Notes under the pieces: model-generated
What the model was told of the DNA's origin: nothing
The model's database searches: none
The model's input: only the letters and a program-made list of their open reading frames with translations
In this document: one piece after another, positions 19,901-27,372 of the stretch
Layout of the letters: every line of letters starts with the position of its first letter
Numbering within the stretch: position 1 is the first letter of the stretch
Translations under genes and position numbers: made by a program
DNA from: an uncultured Candidatus Saccharibacteria bacterium
Lineage (GTDB): Bacteria; Patescibacteriota; Saccharimonadia; Saccharimonadales; UBA7683
Direction of reading: 5' to 3'
Length of the DNA: 64,000 nucleotides
Assembly: GCA_964541305.1 (NCBI GenBank)
Contig: CAZIPE010000001.1
Location: forward strand, 12,138 to 76,137

Positions 19901-19974
19901 TCATCGGTCGAGCCAGTGAAAATGTGCTCAGCATCATATTCAACGCGCTGCAAAAGATGTTCGGAATAAACTAA
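13912..19974 (+). CDS. Large surface protein: N-terminal TM, LamG/ConA-like domain interrupted by 14 Trp/Gly propeller repeats, multiple FN3/Ig-like domains
   Basis: LamG halves ALYHLDEASGTTVADSS...TLEAW and WRHIAATYDG...FKGMLDEVRISN; repeats W.KIGGDG..SSW; FN3 motifs HEVLLNNLSAGTTYYY and LSTSRVYHF. Confidence 0.85.
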   Translation: MRVKKDRKLVFFKRIQDVYVRLGYSSVSKAIKRWLRLPAKAIAGTLLTVHGWLLRHSRVYRAVSRYGSHHPRQRILASFLTVLFAGSLLLRFGAYASDVNKVWDFSNPTDYSLEDSDKLEYEGSSVRLKAQNYATDSNTKALYHLDEASGTTVADSSSNSNTATATNPTWGTGNLNNALQLNGTTSQLSADDSTSLSLTQSNTLEAWTKFNDSFTAGSTAGRQSVIDKGPYQLYYDDETGKAVYELQNSSATNWQQQAGGGVNRSWDLDGKNSADSSVGIGNDLYIGTGSSTAGDAEVWKLSAAGVWTQIGGAGLNNSWAANTFETIASLETDGTNLYAGTGLSSGDGEVWMWNGTTWSRIGGDAINSSWAVNTYNSVLSMDYFGGNLYAGLGSGTGGGEVWRYNGSSWTKIGGDGLSSSWAAAFTVKRLENDGTNLYAGTGNTAGMADVWRWNGTIWAQIGGDGINSSWAASTYEEVLSSFYMGSNLYIGLGTTAGDAEVWRWSGGAWTKLASSGVGFPAATYTGVYSLSGDGTNLYAGVGSGVNLGDVWKYNGSTWTQVGNDGLNSSWTGGRLVSTMAYVNSKLFAHNTFSAVATIPLYSYNGSVWQREGGQYFDGSWGYTAFNAVQSMTTSSGKLYAGLTSTYGGAIVFEFNGGVWQQIGGNLTNGSWDLGTFNAIESMTSYNGNLVVGTTGTVNGDAEVWSWDGSTWTKLGGDGLSSSWNVSYSATKSLAVNAGILYAGVGSTGNNGGIWKYESGTWVKIGGDGTNGSWNNVFRYVTSMNFYNGELVAGGTGSTTSSAEVWKWNGSSWTKIGGDGVGSSWNAANYLEVNALATYQGKLIAGIGGSAGDGEVWRYDGTTWTLIGGDSVDSSWDGTTTHRRVATLTVYNGDLYAGTSGSAGDGEAWRYNGSTWSQAGGDSISSSWTNAIISVRSMVVYKGKLYTGLGDNISLHPLVYSLGNNGYLESTNSSYNTDWRHIAATYDGTTMKLYINGQLDASTAVSLSMSDTSSPLLIGSAQGPVTASKGTGKFKGMLDEVRISNSARTNFTTTPYTSERVSARLATADYTSGIASWDDYISSETTNGGTLTYRLSDDDGTTWKFWNGSAWAVSADLSQANGATDIGDHIATFPVSTGGITWQAVFDGDGNQRVQLNSVSLAATADNTAPAANASSIVMKTSPSGPTINSGQWTNAQEPYFSWTPGNDAQSTIKGYCLYLGTSQSDDPVTSKGLLGTSPLDTDGECQFAVAGDSVDLSTSGYLGSPLVSSNSTYYLNVKAIDNAGNVFTGASESFAFKFDNTNPTNPLFVSAPSQFVSNKQVTITWPTSNATAADDNHSGVAGLQYKIGAGGTWYGDGHTGAQDVTDLLADDGSYQTIDPIDFNALSDGNNTIYFRTYDNAGNFSASTVTGVIKINTTSPTGPQNVTATPATNTTNAFAFSWSPPATFGGSASNLEYCYSINTLPSVNTCTYTDPGVTSLVSGAYATQPGENTFYVVAKDEAGNINYATTSSAIFTANTSAPGIALNLDIVDISVKSTNNWRLALSWDEPTDAGAGIASYKVYRSADNITFTNVASTAGTSYVDGGLSQQPYYYKVRACDSANNCGAYTSAVDETPTGKYTTAANSTSAPEVSSVSTRKATISWSTDRQSDSRIQYGIKSGQYFATEAAISDQVTDHEVLLNNLSAGTTYYYKAKWTDEDGNTGQSAELSFKTAPAPVVKEVTSEPSLSDADINFTSKDAAKVKIYFGKSESFGGLTTLNTSLAESKYGTTLTGLDDGSKYFFKLNTLDSDGNEYEGNVYSFTTPPRPRITNLRFQPVKDQPSSTQRVTWNTNVPSSSEITYGVRRPTQSLSQSKLTTEHEITIKGLSDDSDYVLIARSRDASGNVATSDQQSFKTALDTRPPKIADITVDTSIRGTGAEARGQVVISWKTDEPATSQVAYGEGSSGFLSSVSSEDAKLTTDHVVVVSDLSTSRVYHFEARSFDRARNEAKGDQQVAIIGRASENVLSIIFNALQKMFGIN
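14670..16800 (+). repeat. Intragenic array of 14 ~50-aa repeats (WxxIGGDGxxSSW...LYAG...EVWxxxG)
   Basis: 14 units counted in the translation; DNA motif GATGGCACCAACCTGTA recurs at ~14908 and 15208. Confidence 0.8.
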
Positions 19975-20741
19975 TGGAACCAGCTGTAAAGACATCACAT
20001 TCTGGCAGAAACATGTGTGAGTTTAAGAATGTGTCTAAATCGTTCACATCCAAAGACCTGACTATCTCAGTTCTCAAAAATATAAACTTCACTATCCCTG
20101 AAGGCAGTTTTACAATACTCTATGGCCCATCTGGAAGTGGCAAAACGACCATCTTGAATACTATGATTGGTCTTCAACCTGCCACAAGCGGGAAGGTCTG
20201 TGTGAACGGCACTGATCTATACAGTCTCGATAGCGATAAACGGGCTCACTTTCGTGCTTCTACGCTTGGTATGGTGCACCAAGATAACTATTGGGTAAAC
20301 AGTCTTACCGTTCTTGAAAATATCGCCTTACCACTCCTGCTGGCTGGCTGGGACCATAAAAAGGCCTTGATGGTAGCACAACAAAGCTTGGTTCGAGTGG
20401 GGCTGGAGAGTTATGGTAACTATAACCCCACAGTACTCTCCGGGGGGCAGCAGCAACGCGTTTCTTTTGCTCGAGCTACCGTCATACGGCCAAAACTGCT
20501 AGTAGCTGATGAACCGACAGGCAATCTTGATAGCAAAAATGGCGAGCTTATTATTAGCCTTCTACAGGATTTCAACAGTCGCTACAATGCAACCGTAGTG
20601 CTCGTTACTCATAATCTTGAATTACTTGCTCTCAGTAATAATCTTATTAGCGTCAAGGATGGTCAGATTGTTGAATCAAGCACCCCCGATCCTACCGTCA
20701 AGTTCATGACAGCTTCAATTGCAGGGAAGAAACCAAAATGA
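19974..20741 (+). CDS. ABC transporter ATP-binding protein (LolD/MacB-type)
   Basis: [30 protein letters not shown]; TAATG overlap with the upstream gene. Confidence 0.95.
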   Translation: MEPAVKTSHSGRNMCEFKNVSKSFTSKDLTISVLKNINFTIPEGSFTILYGPSGSGKTTILNTMIGLQPATSGKVCVNGTDLYSLDSDKRAHFRASTLGMVHQDNYWVNSLTVLENIALPLLLAGWDHKKALMVAQQSLVRVGLESYGNYNPTVLSGGQQQRVSFARATVIRPKLLVADEPTGNLDSKNGELIISLLQDFNSRYNATVVLVTHNLELLALSNNLISVKDGQIVESSTPDPTVKFMTASIAGKKPK

Positions 20742-22021
20742 AAATTCCTAAAACAAATCTCAAAAAAAATGTAAATGAAGCGAAAGGCACTATTCGCTGG
20801 AGCTTACTGATAGATATTGCATTCAAAAATCTATTTTACAAGAAGCTCCGGACCTCACTGACTATTATTGGTGTTGTCATCGGTGTAGGTGCGGTGGTAT
20901 TCCTACTTGCTTTTGGTTTTGGCCTACGTGATGTAGTAACTCGGCAGGTTGTGGATTCAAATTCTATTCGTACCATTGATGTTGAGAGTGCGAAATCTCA
21001 GCTGGTGACACTTAACCAGGAGACTATCGGCAAAATTACGCAAATTGAAGATGTTACCGATGTCTCACGGGTATATAGTGTCGCTGGTAATACAACCTAT
21101 GGAAATTCTCAAATTGAATCAGTGCTATACGGGGTTGATCAAGAGTATCTCGATCTGGCTAATGTAAAACTCTCAGCTGGGCAGCCACCCCAGTTTAAAA
21201 ATGCTGACGATATTTTCGTCAATACTTCTTATGCCAAAGCAATCGGAATTTCAGACAGCAAAGACCTTATAGGCAAGGAGCTCGAGGTGTCATTAGAGGC
21301 TCCGGTGCCGCAGCTTGCTGAAGAAGCTGAAAATAACGATACTGGTCCGGAGTCCGCTGTCGCTACGAAAGAAGTGGTGATTAAGGGCAAGGTGGCAAGC
21401 GTATTTGAAACAGGCAGCGGTTCTGAACTGTACGTTTCGAGTAACATATTTGATGATTTTGGCTTTGAAGATGCAAGTCAGTTGAAGGTACTGGTTGATC
21501 GAAAAGAACAAGTTGTTGAGGCGCAGAAGAAGATTGAAGCTCTGGGACTTATTACGGTTTCACCACTTAGCACGCTCGAACAAATTAACCAGGTATTCGG
21601 TTTTCTTAACCTACTATTTCTGGGCTTTGGTGGCATTGGTCTCATTATTGCTGTTTTAGGTATGTTTAACACACTCACTATCTCGCTACTCGAGCGCACC
21701 AAAGAAATTGGTTTGATGATTACACTTGGAGCACGCAAAAAAGATATTCTACGCTTGTTTGTAGTAGAAGCCGTCGGTCTTTCAATGATTGGTGGTGCTC
21801 TCGGAGTGGTAGTAGCGTATGGGATAAGTCGAATTGCTGATGTGGTGCTCAATGGGTTCGCCCGTTCAAGAGGTGTCACCGACACATTCACTATTTTCGC
21901 GTTCAAGCCCGTGCTGATTTTGGCTGTCTTTGTTTTCTCGGCCCTCCTTGGTTTACTTGTGGTCTATTTCCCCGCCAAGCGAGCCGCAAATATTAACCCA
22001 ATTGAAGCTCTCAAGTCGTAA
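20738..22021 (+). CDS. ABC transporter permease (MacB/FtsX family)
   Basis: RTSLTIIGVVIGVGAVV, ERTKEIG, PAKRAANINPIEALK. Confidence 0.93.
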   Translation: MKIPKTNLKKNVNEAKGTIRWSLLIDIAFKNLFYKKLRTSLTIIGVVIGVGAVVFLLAFGFGLRDVVTRQVVDSNSIRTIDVESAKSQLVTLNQETIGKITQIEDVTDVSRVYSVAGNTTYGNSQIESVLYGVDQEYLDLANVKLSAGQPPQFKNADDIFVNTSYAKAIGISDSKDLIGKELEVSLEAPVPQLAEEAENNDTGPESAVATKEVVIKGKVASVFETGSGSELYVSSNIFDDFGFEDASQLKVLVDRKEQVVEAQKKIEALGLITVSPLSTLEQINQVFGFLNLLFLGFGGIGLIIAVLGMFNTLTISLLERTKEIGLMITLGARKKDILRLFVVEAVGLSMIGGALGVVVAYGISRIADVVLNGFARSRGVTDTFTIFAFKPVLILAVFVFSALLGLLVVYFPAKRAANINPIEALKS

Positions 22022-22055
22022 GTGCTATACTGATGAGCATAAGAAGGATTAACCC

Positions 22056-23168
22056 ATGACTTTAAATGTAAATATTGATACGAAAAATGTTATAAAAGTA
22101 TTCACGCTTGCAGTACTCTTCATTGTTGGTGTTTTTGCCCTCATTCGTATGTATGACGCGCTTGTGTTGGTTGCTACGGCATTCTTTTTTGCTCTTGCAC
22201 TGAATCCTGCGGTGAGTTTTTTGAGTAAATACATGCCGAAAAAAAAGCGTGGTCCTGCGGTATTTATTGTTATGCTTAGTGCATTCTTCTTGCTGAGCGT
22301 GTTAATCTTCTCTATTCTTACGCCAGTTTCGCGTGAAGCGTCTGCTTTTTCGGAGACAATACCACAAAGAATCGATGAGCTTAATAGTCAGGACTCGCCA
22401 TTTGGAAGATTTGTCTACAAATACGATCTTCAGGATGATATTACAGAAGTGATTAACTCTGCCCAAAGTCGACTAGTCAGCTTATCGAGCAATGCAGTGA
22501 GCAAGGTTGGTCAGTTTGGCAATAGTGTGATCATGTCAATCGCTGGAATGGTTATAACGGTACTAATGCTTACTAACGGCCCAGCGCTCTTTAAGCGAGT
22601 TGAACGCAACGTGTACCGTGACCAGAAGTTACGTGCTCGACACGAAAATCTTTTGAATAAAATGTACGATGTTGTCACTGGGTATGTGAATGGGCAGTTA
22701 CTTGTTGCTGTTGTCGCATCGCTTGTGGCGCTTGGGGTGCTTTTTCTGCTAGGCGTACCTTATCCACTCCCTCTTGCTGCAATCGTATTTGTATTCGGTT
22801 TAATCCCGCTCATCGGCAATACAATTGCCGCAATACTAGTAGTTTTGTTTACGCTGATACTTAAAGATCTTACTTCAGCTCTCATTCTTATCGCTTTCTT
22901 CGTGCTCTATCAGCAGATTGAAAATGCCACCCTGCAACCCCTTGTGCAAGGCAGAGCTACACAACTTCCTACGCTTGTCATCTTTGTGTCAGTCATCTTA
23001 GGCGTGGCGCTTATGGGCCCAATCGGTGGTTTATTCGCTATCCCTGCTGCTGGTTGCGCTAAGGTTCTGCTCGCAGATTATCTTGAACATCGTCCTGCTC
23101 CAAAGAATAGCGGTGCCAAAAACCTATCTGCCTCGTTAAAGCATCACATCAAAAAAGCCGTTAGCTAG
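22056..23168 (+). CDS. AI-2E family transporter
   Basis: Multi-TM; GYVNGQLL, LIPLIG, YQQIENATLQP, GPIGGLFAIP. Confidence 0.88.
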   Translation: MTLNVNIDTKNVIKVFTLAVLFIVGVFALIRMYDALVLVATAFFFALALNPAVSFLSKYMPKKKRGPAVFIVMLSAFFLLSVLIFSILTPVSREASAFSETIPQRIDELNSQDSPFGRFVYKYDLQDDITEVINSAQSRLVSLSSNAVSKVGQFGNSVIMSIAGMVITVLMLTNGPALFKRVERNVYRDQKLRARHENLLNKMYDVVTGYVNGQLLVAVVASLVALGVLFLLGVPYPLPLAAIVFVFGLIPLIGNTIAAILVVLFTLILKDLTSALILIAFFVLYQQIENATLQPLVQGRATQLPTLVIFVSVILGVALMGPIGGLFAIPAAGCAKVLLADYLEHRPAPKNSGAKNLSASLKHHIKKAVS

Positions 23169-24535
23169 ACTCTACTCCAGATAGTTTTGTCGGCAGTATC
23201 TTTTACTTCAATACCGCGTTTTTTTAGCGTATCACGTAGTTCATCTGCTTTTACCCAGTCTTTTGCCTGTCGTGCCTGTTCGCGCTGTGCTATGAGCTGT
23301 TTTTCTCCATCGGTAATATCATCATCCAATAAATCTAAACCTAGTACGTCACGAATGGTGAGCAGGGTGTCTCGAGATGGCATTGCCTGGGCTTCTTCAA
23401 CGTTGTCAAAATAGGCATCAATTTTAGCCAGAGCTATCGGACTGTTCAAATCGTCTGAGAGGGCATCCATAATTTCCTGGGATATATCAGGTTGATCATT
23501 TTTTAAAGTTTCAATCTGCCAGCGACGATTGAACATAGCGCGCCACCTATTCAAACGGTTCTGACTTGCCTCTAAAATATCCCAAGTAAAATTACCTTCC
23601 GTGCGGTAGTGCTTGCTTAGGATGAGTAGTTTAAATGCTTCTGTCGAAAAGTTTTTGGCTTTAATATCTGCCAGGGTGTATATATTGCCAAGACTTTTAC
23701 TCATCTTTGTTCCGTCAACTTTGATGTGATTATTATGTAGCCATATCTGTGAAAATGGTTTTCCTGTTACACTCTCAGTTTGGGCAATCTCATTGGTGTG
23801 ATGCACGGGGATGTGATCTATGCCACCGGTATGAATATCAATCTGATCGCCCAGAAACTCTCTGGCTAGTACTGAACATTCGAGATGCCAACCAGGAAAG
23901 CCAATTACCCAAGGACTTTCCCATTCCATGTCTCGCTTCTCGCCCGCATGAGAAAACTTCCATAGTGCAAAATCAGTTGGGTTCTTCTTCCCTTCAACTG
24001 GCACACGAGCGCCAGGTTTTAAGCCTTCAATATCGAGCATTGCCAATTTGCCATAATCCGATAACTTGCTGGTATCAAAGTATACTCCGTCATCGGGGAT
24101 CACGTAGGTAAAACCTTTTTCCTCAAGTTCTTTGACAAATTCAATTTGCTTCTCAATATAATCAGTAGCTCGCGGCAGTTCATCTGGGGTGATGAGCCCT
24201 AGCTCAGCAGATTCCTTTTCTGCTATTTCAATGTATTTCTCAGCAACCTCCCAAGCGCTAATACCTTCGCGTTTTGCACCTTTTTCAAGCTTATCTTCAC
24301 CGCTATCCTCGTCGGACGTAAGATGCCCGACGTCAGTAATATTTTGTACACGTGTGACGTCGTAGCCATCAGCTTTTAGCGTGCGCACAAGGATATCCCA
24401 GTAAATATACCCCACCCAGTTACCAATATGGGGTTGTGAGTACACCGTCAGACCACAGGTATACATTTTCACCTTTTTGTCATCAAGTGGTTTGAATTCT
24501 TCTTTTTTTCTGGTGAGCGTATTATACAGCTTCAT
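23165..24535 (-). CDS. cysS: Cysteine--tRNA ligase
   Basis: MKLYNTLTR, YTCGLTVY, HIGN, GFPGWHLECS, KMSKS; start ATG 24535 after GGAG. Confidence 0.97.
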   Translation of the reverse strand: MKLYNTLTRKKEEFKPLDDKKVKMYTCGLTVYSQPHIGNWVGYIYWDILVRTLKADGYDVTRVQNITDVGHLTSDEDSGEDKLEKGAKREGISAWEVAEKYIEIAEKESAELGLITPDELPRATDYIEKQIEFVKELEEKGFTYVIPDDGVYFDTSKLSDYGKLAMLDIEGLKPGARVPVEGKKNPTDFALWKFSHAGEKRDMEWESPWVIGFPGWHLECSVLAREFLGDQIDIHTGGIDHIPVHHTNEIAQTESVTGKPFSQIWLHNNHIKVDGTKMSKSLGNIYTLADIKAKNFSTEAFKLLILSKHYRTEGNFTWDILEASQNRLNRWRAMFNRRWQIETLKNDQPDISQEIMDALSDDLNSPIALAKIDAYFDNVEEAQAMPSRDTLLTIRDVLGLDLLDDDITDGEKQLIAQREQARQAKDWVKADELRDTLKKRGIEVKDTADKTIWSRV

Positions 24536-24938
24536 GCTTTTCTCCATCTTTAATTATCAATGGTATTGCCGACACCGGAATTTTTCTAACGTTAACTTGC
24601 TCCATTCCTTCAATCGATTGCTTCATCAGCCGGTGTAATCCGTCAAGAATGAGCCAGCGTTCTTTCCAGTGTATTATGTCAATTGGATATCGTGTATCTG
24701 CCTGCATTGTTCGCGTATATTCTCCGGAATGTTTTTCTGGATGATTAATAACTTCCCTAGGTGTTACGTCATAATAACCATCAGGTTTAGACCAGTAGAA
24801 TGGTATATCAAAATGCCAAATTAAACTTTCAATTGATATTTCTTCAATCGGCACATTTAAACCCCAGACTTTTCGTTCATCCCAACTAAAATCAAAACCA
24901 ACCTCCTTTATTATGTCGGGGAGAGGGCGTTTAGTCAT
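24522..24938 (-). CDS. Small ParB/Srx-like domain protein
   Basis: YPIDI...ILDGLHRL ParB/sulfiredoxin motif; overlaps both neighbours. Confidence 0.6.
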   Translation of the reverse strand: MTKRPLPDIIKEVGFDFSWDERKVWGLNVPIEEISIESLIWHFDIPFYWSKPDGYYDVTPREVINHPEKHSGEYTRTMQADTRYPIDIIHWKERWLILDGLHRLMKQSIEGMEQVNVRKIPVSAIPLIIKDGEKHEAV

Positions 24939-25899
24939 GTATTAGTTCCTGGGCTTTTTTAGTGATTTCAGTTTTTAGTTCGTCTAGTTGCCAATCGGTT
25001 GTTTTAAACCCAGCTGCATAATCATGGCCACCGCCGCCGAAATGTCCGGCTAGTTTGCCAGCTATTGGTTCGTTGCCTCGCAATTTTCCTGTAATTTTTC
25101 CATCAGGATACGTCTTGAGGGCAACAGAAAGTTTTACCCCTTCAGTATTTCGCAGTTCCTCAAGTGCGAGCATGCTCGGATTGTAGAGTGGACTATATTT
25201 TTCAATTTCTTCCCATGGAATAGTAATAAGGGCAAGCGCACCATCAAGCAGATATTCAATGCGTTGGAGTAAGATTCCTTTGTAGGTGACTATTTCTTTA
25301 GACTTTTGCATCATTTTGCGTCGCCGAGTATCGACGTCGCTCATTTTAGCCCCTTTATCGAGCATATCAGCCACTACACGAAGTGTTTGACTGGTTACTG
25401 CTTCAGTAGTCATCCCAAGTGTGTCGGCGAGTGTAGCCTCAATTATGTGGGTGGCAGCCATTGAGTTAATCTCCCAGCCCTCTTGTTGAGCAAGCTGATA
25501 TACGAGCTCTCCTGTTGCAATGACACTCCCCTCGCCCTTAAAAAACTCCGCATGCTCAAGCGGTAGGTCATTTTCTACTGGGTGACAGTCCAAGACGAGC
25601 ACGGGTTTATTATTGATTGCGCTCAGCCGAATACCACTAAGAGTGTTTTCTAGTAAGTTTCCTGAAACGGTGTCAACAATAACGCTCAGATCAAATTCAT
25701 TAGGAAATTCATCGGTAATTCGATCATGACCCTCTATATACCCAAGATAGCTCGGAATATTCACATAACTGTAGATTGCTACTTCCTTGCCAAAATCACC
25801 AAGAATTTCTTCCAGCGCTAGGGCTGAGGCAACGCTATCGCCATCCGGATTTTCCGGCTGCAACACAACCACTTTTTTAATTTCAGACCAGTTTATCAT
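24931..25899 (-). CDS. DHH/DHHA1 phosphoesterase (NrnA-like)
   Basis: NPDGDS, IVDT, LDCHP (variant DHH), GGGGHDYAAG. Confidence 0.85.
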   Translation of the reverse strand: MINWSEIKKVVVLQPENPDGDSVASALALEEILGDFGKEVAIYSYVNIPSYLGYIEGHDRITDEFPNEFDLSVIVDTVSGNLLENTLSGIRLSAINNKPVLVLDCHPVENDLPLEHAEFFKGEGSVIATGELVYQLAQQEGWEINSMAATHIIEATLADTLGMTTEAVTSQTLRVVADMLDKGAKMSDVDTRRRKMMQKSKEIVTYKGILLQRIEYLLDGALALITIPWEEIEKYSPLYNPSMLALEELRNTEGVKLSVALKTYPDGKITGKLRGNEPIAGKLAGHFGGGGHDYAAGFKTTDWQLDELKTEITKKAQELIHD

Positions 25900-25923
25900 C
25901 TGTTTAATTGTATCATGTAGAAC

Positions 25924-26535
25924 CTAGAGTTGCGTGCGACCCTGGAGGGCATGTTTTAAGGTTATCTGATCGGCGTATTCTAGATCGATTCCAACCGGAA
26001 GGCCACGGGCTAAACGACTCATTTTTACTGTTAAACCTGCTTCTTCAATCATCTTTTGAATAAATAATGCTGTGCTCTCACCTTCAACAGAAGCGTTGGT
26101 TGCTAAGATTATCTCTTGCACCTCATCCTCGGCTATGCGTTTAACGAGCTCCTGAATATGTAACTGTTCAGGGCCAATGCCGTCAATCGGACTAATGACA
26201 CCACCAAGTACATGGTAGGTGCCCTTAAATTGAGCTGTTTTTTCCAGGCTTACAATATCTATTGGGTCTTCTACTACTGCAATTAATTTCTTATCGCGCG
26301 CAGGATCGGAATAAAGTGAAGATACGTCCTCGTTCGTATCAATCAATGCAAATGTTTTTGGACAGGTTTTGAGTGAACTATGTAGATTCTCCAAGCTTGA
26401 TGCCAATTGAAGTGCGTCCTTATTAGAGCCCTTGAGCACCCCGAGAGCATAGCGTTCAGCCGTTCGAGGGCCAACTCCAGGGAGTTTTCCGAGGTTTTCA
26501 ATAAGATCTTCTAGGGCGCGTGGCAGGACACTCAT
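25924..26535 (-). CDS. recR: Recombination mediator RecR
   Basis: LPGVGPRTAER HhH, YHVLGGVISPIDGIGP, ATNASVEGESTA Toprim. The Cys4 zinc finger is degenerate (one Cys). Confidence 0.95.
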   Translation of the reverse strand: MSVLPRALEDLIENLGKLPGVGPRTAERYALGVLKGSNKDALQLASSLENLHSSLKTCPKTFALIDTNEDVSSLYSDPARDKKLIAVVEDPIDIVSLEKTAQFKGTYHVLGGVISPIDGIGPEQLHIQELVKRIAEDEVQEIILATNASVEGESTALFIQKMIEEAGLTVKMSRLARGLPVGIDLEYADQITLKHALQGRTQL

Positions 26536-26546
26536 AGAGTGCCTCT

Positions 26547-26606
26547 GTGTTTCAAGTAGCATGTGTCATATAACAAAGAAGTAGCACGTATCATGTTGCA
26601 GGTTTC
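26547..26606. repeat. Heptamer array 4x(ANGTNNC)-AAAG-4x(ANGTNNC), downstream flank of the four-helix-bundle gene
   Basis: gtgtttc aagtagc atgtgtc atataac AAAG aagtagc acgtatc atgttgc aggtttc. Confidence 0.75.
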
Positions 26607-26950
26607 TCGCGGAGCGTGTTAACTATTTTTTGTAAAATTAGTAATATTTCTTGTGTCTCTTTCAAGTATTTATCAGTCGCTAATTCATCTGTCAGTTCTG
26701 TGATTATTCTAAGCCAATAACGACTTTCACTCGCCTCTTTTTTTGCTATGAATATTTTATTTCTGAAATCAGCGCGAGAACTTGCGTTCTGAGCTTCTGA
26801 ATAATTGGCACCTACACTTGTTGAAGATCGTATGACCTGATCAATTACAGAAAATGGAAGAGCTTCTCTATATTGCTGAGTCAGTTTAATTACATTTACA
26901 CCAAAATTTAAAAATCGTTGTTCCAGCTCTTCGCTTTGCTTTGTTTTCAC
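26591..26950 (-). CDS. Four helix bundle protein (23S rRNA IVP / TIGR02436-like)
   Basis: DQVIRSSTSVGANYSEAQ...DFRNKIFIAKKEASESRYWL signature; GTG start. Confidence 0.92.
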   Translation of the reverse strand: MKTKQSEELEQRFLNFGVNVIKLTQQYREALPFSVIDQVIRSSTSVGANYSEAQNASSRADFRNKIFIAKKEASESRYWLRIITELTDELATDKYLKETQEILLILQKIVNTLREKPAT

Positions 26951-27005
26951 TTGATACCTGTTACTTGTTACATCTTTGCTACGTGAAACATGTTAAATGA
27001 TACTT
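26946..27005. repeat. Heptamer array 4x(GNNACNT)-CTTT-4x(GNNACNT), upstream flank, inverted relative to 26547-26606
   Basis: ttcactt gatacct gttactt gttacat CTTT gctacgt gaaacat gttaaat gatactt. Confidence 0.75.
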
Positions 27006-27291
27006 ATAACCCGAGGTTGCCGAGTTGGCCCATCATCGGCTTCATCTTCTCAGCTGCAAGCTGTTGAGATTCAGTAATAGCCTGTTTAATAGCTTCCTCT
27101 AGCCACGTTTCTAGCTCGCGGATATCATTAAGATCAACCTGGTCCGGATCAATACTAATCTTCTTTAGTTTTTGTTCACCGTTGATCTGAACGGTAACCG
27201 CACCATCGCCGGCCTCGACTTCCACTATCGTTTTAGAAAGTTCTTTCTGGAGCTTTTTTACCTGCATGAGCATTTTAGCTTGATCTAACAT
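27004..27291 (-). CDS. ybaB: YbaB/EbfC nucleoid-associated protein
   Basis: KLQKEL...EAGDGAVTVQINGEQKLKKISIDP; lies upstream of recR. Confidence 0.9.
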   Translation of the reverse strand: MLDQAKMLMQVKKLQKELSKTIVEVEAGDGAVTVQINGEQKLKKISIDPDQVDLNDIRELETWLEEAIKQAITESQQLAAEKMKPMMGQLGNLGL

Positions 27292-27372
27292 ATATTTCCT
27301 CTCTTTATAGTATTTGTATTATAGCCTAAAGATGCATGTACGTCATGAGCTCGTTATGTGAGGGGTGTGATT

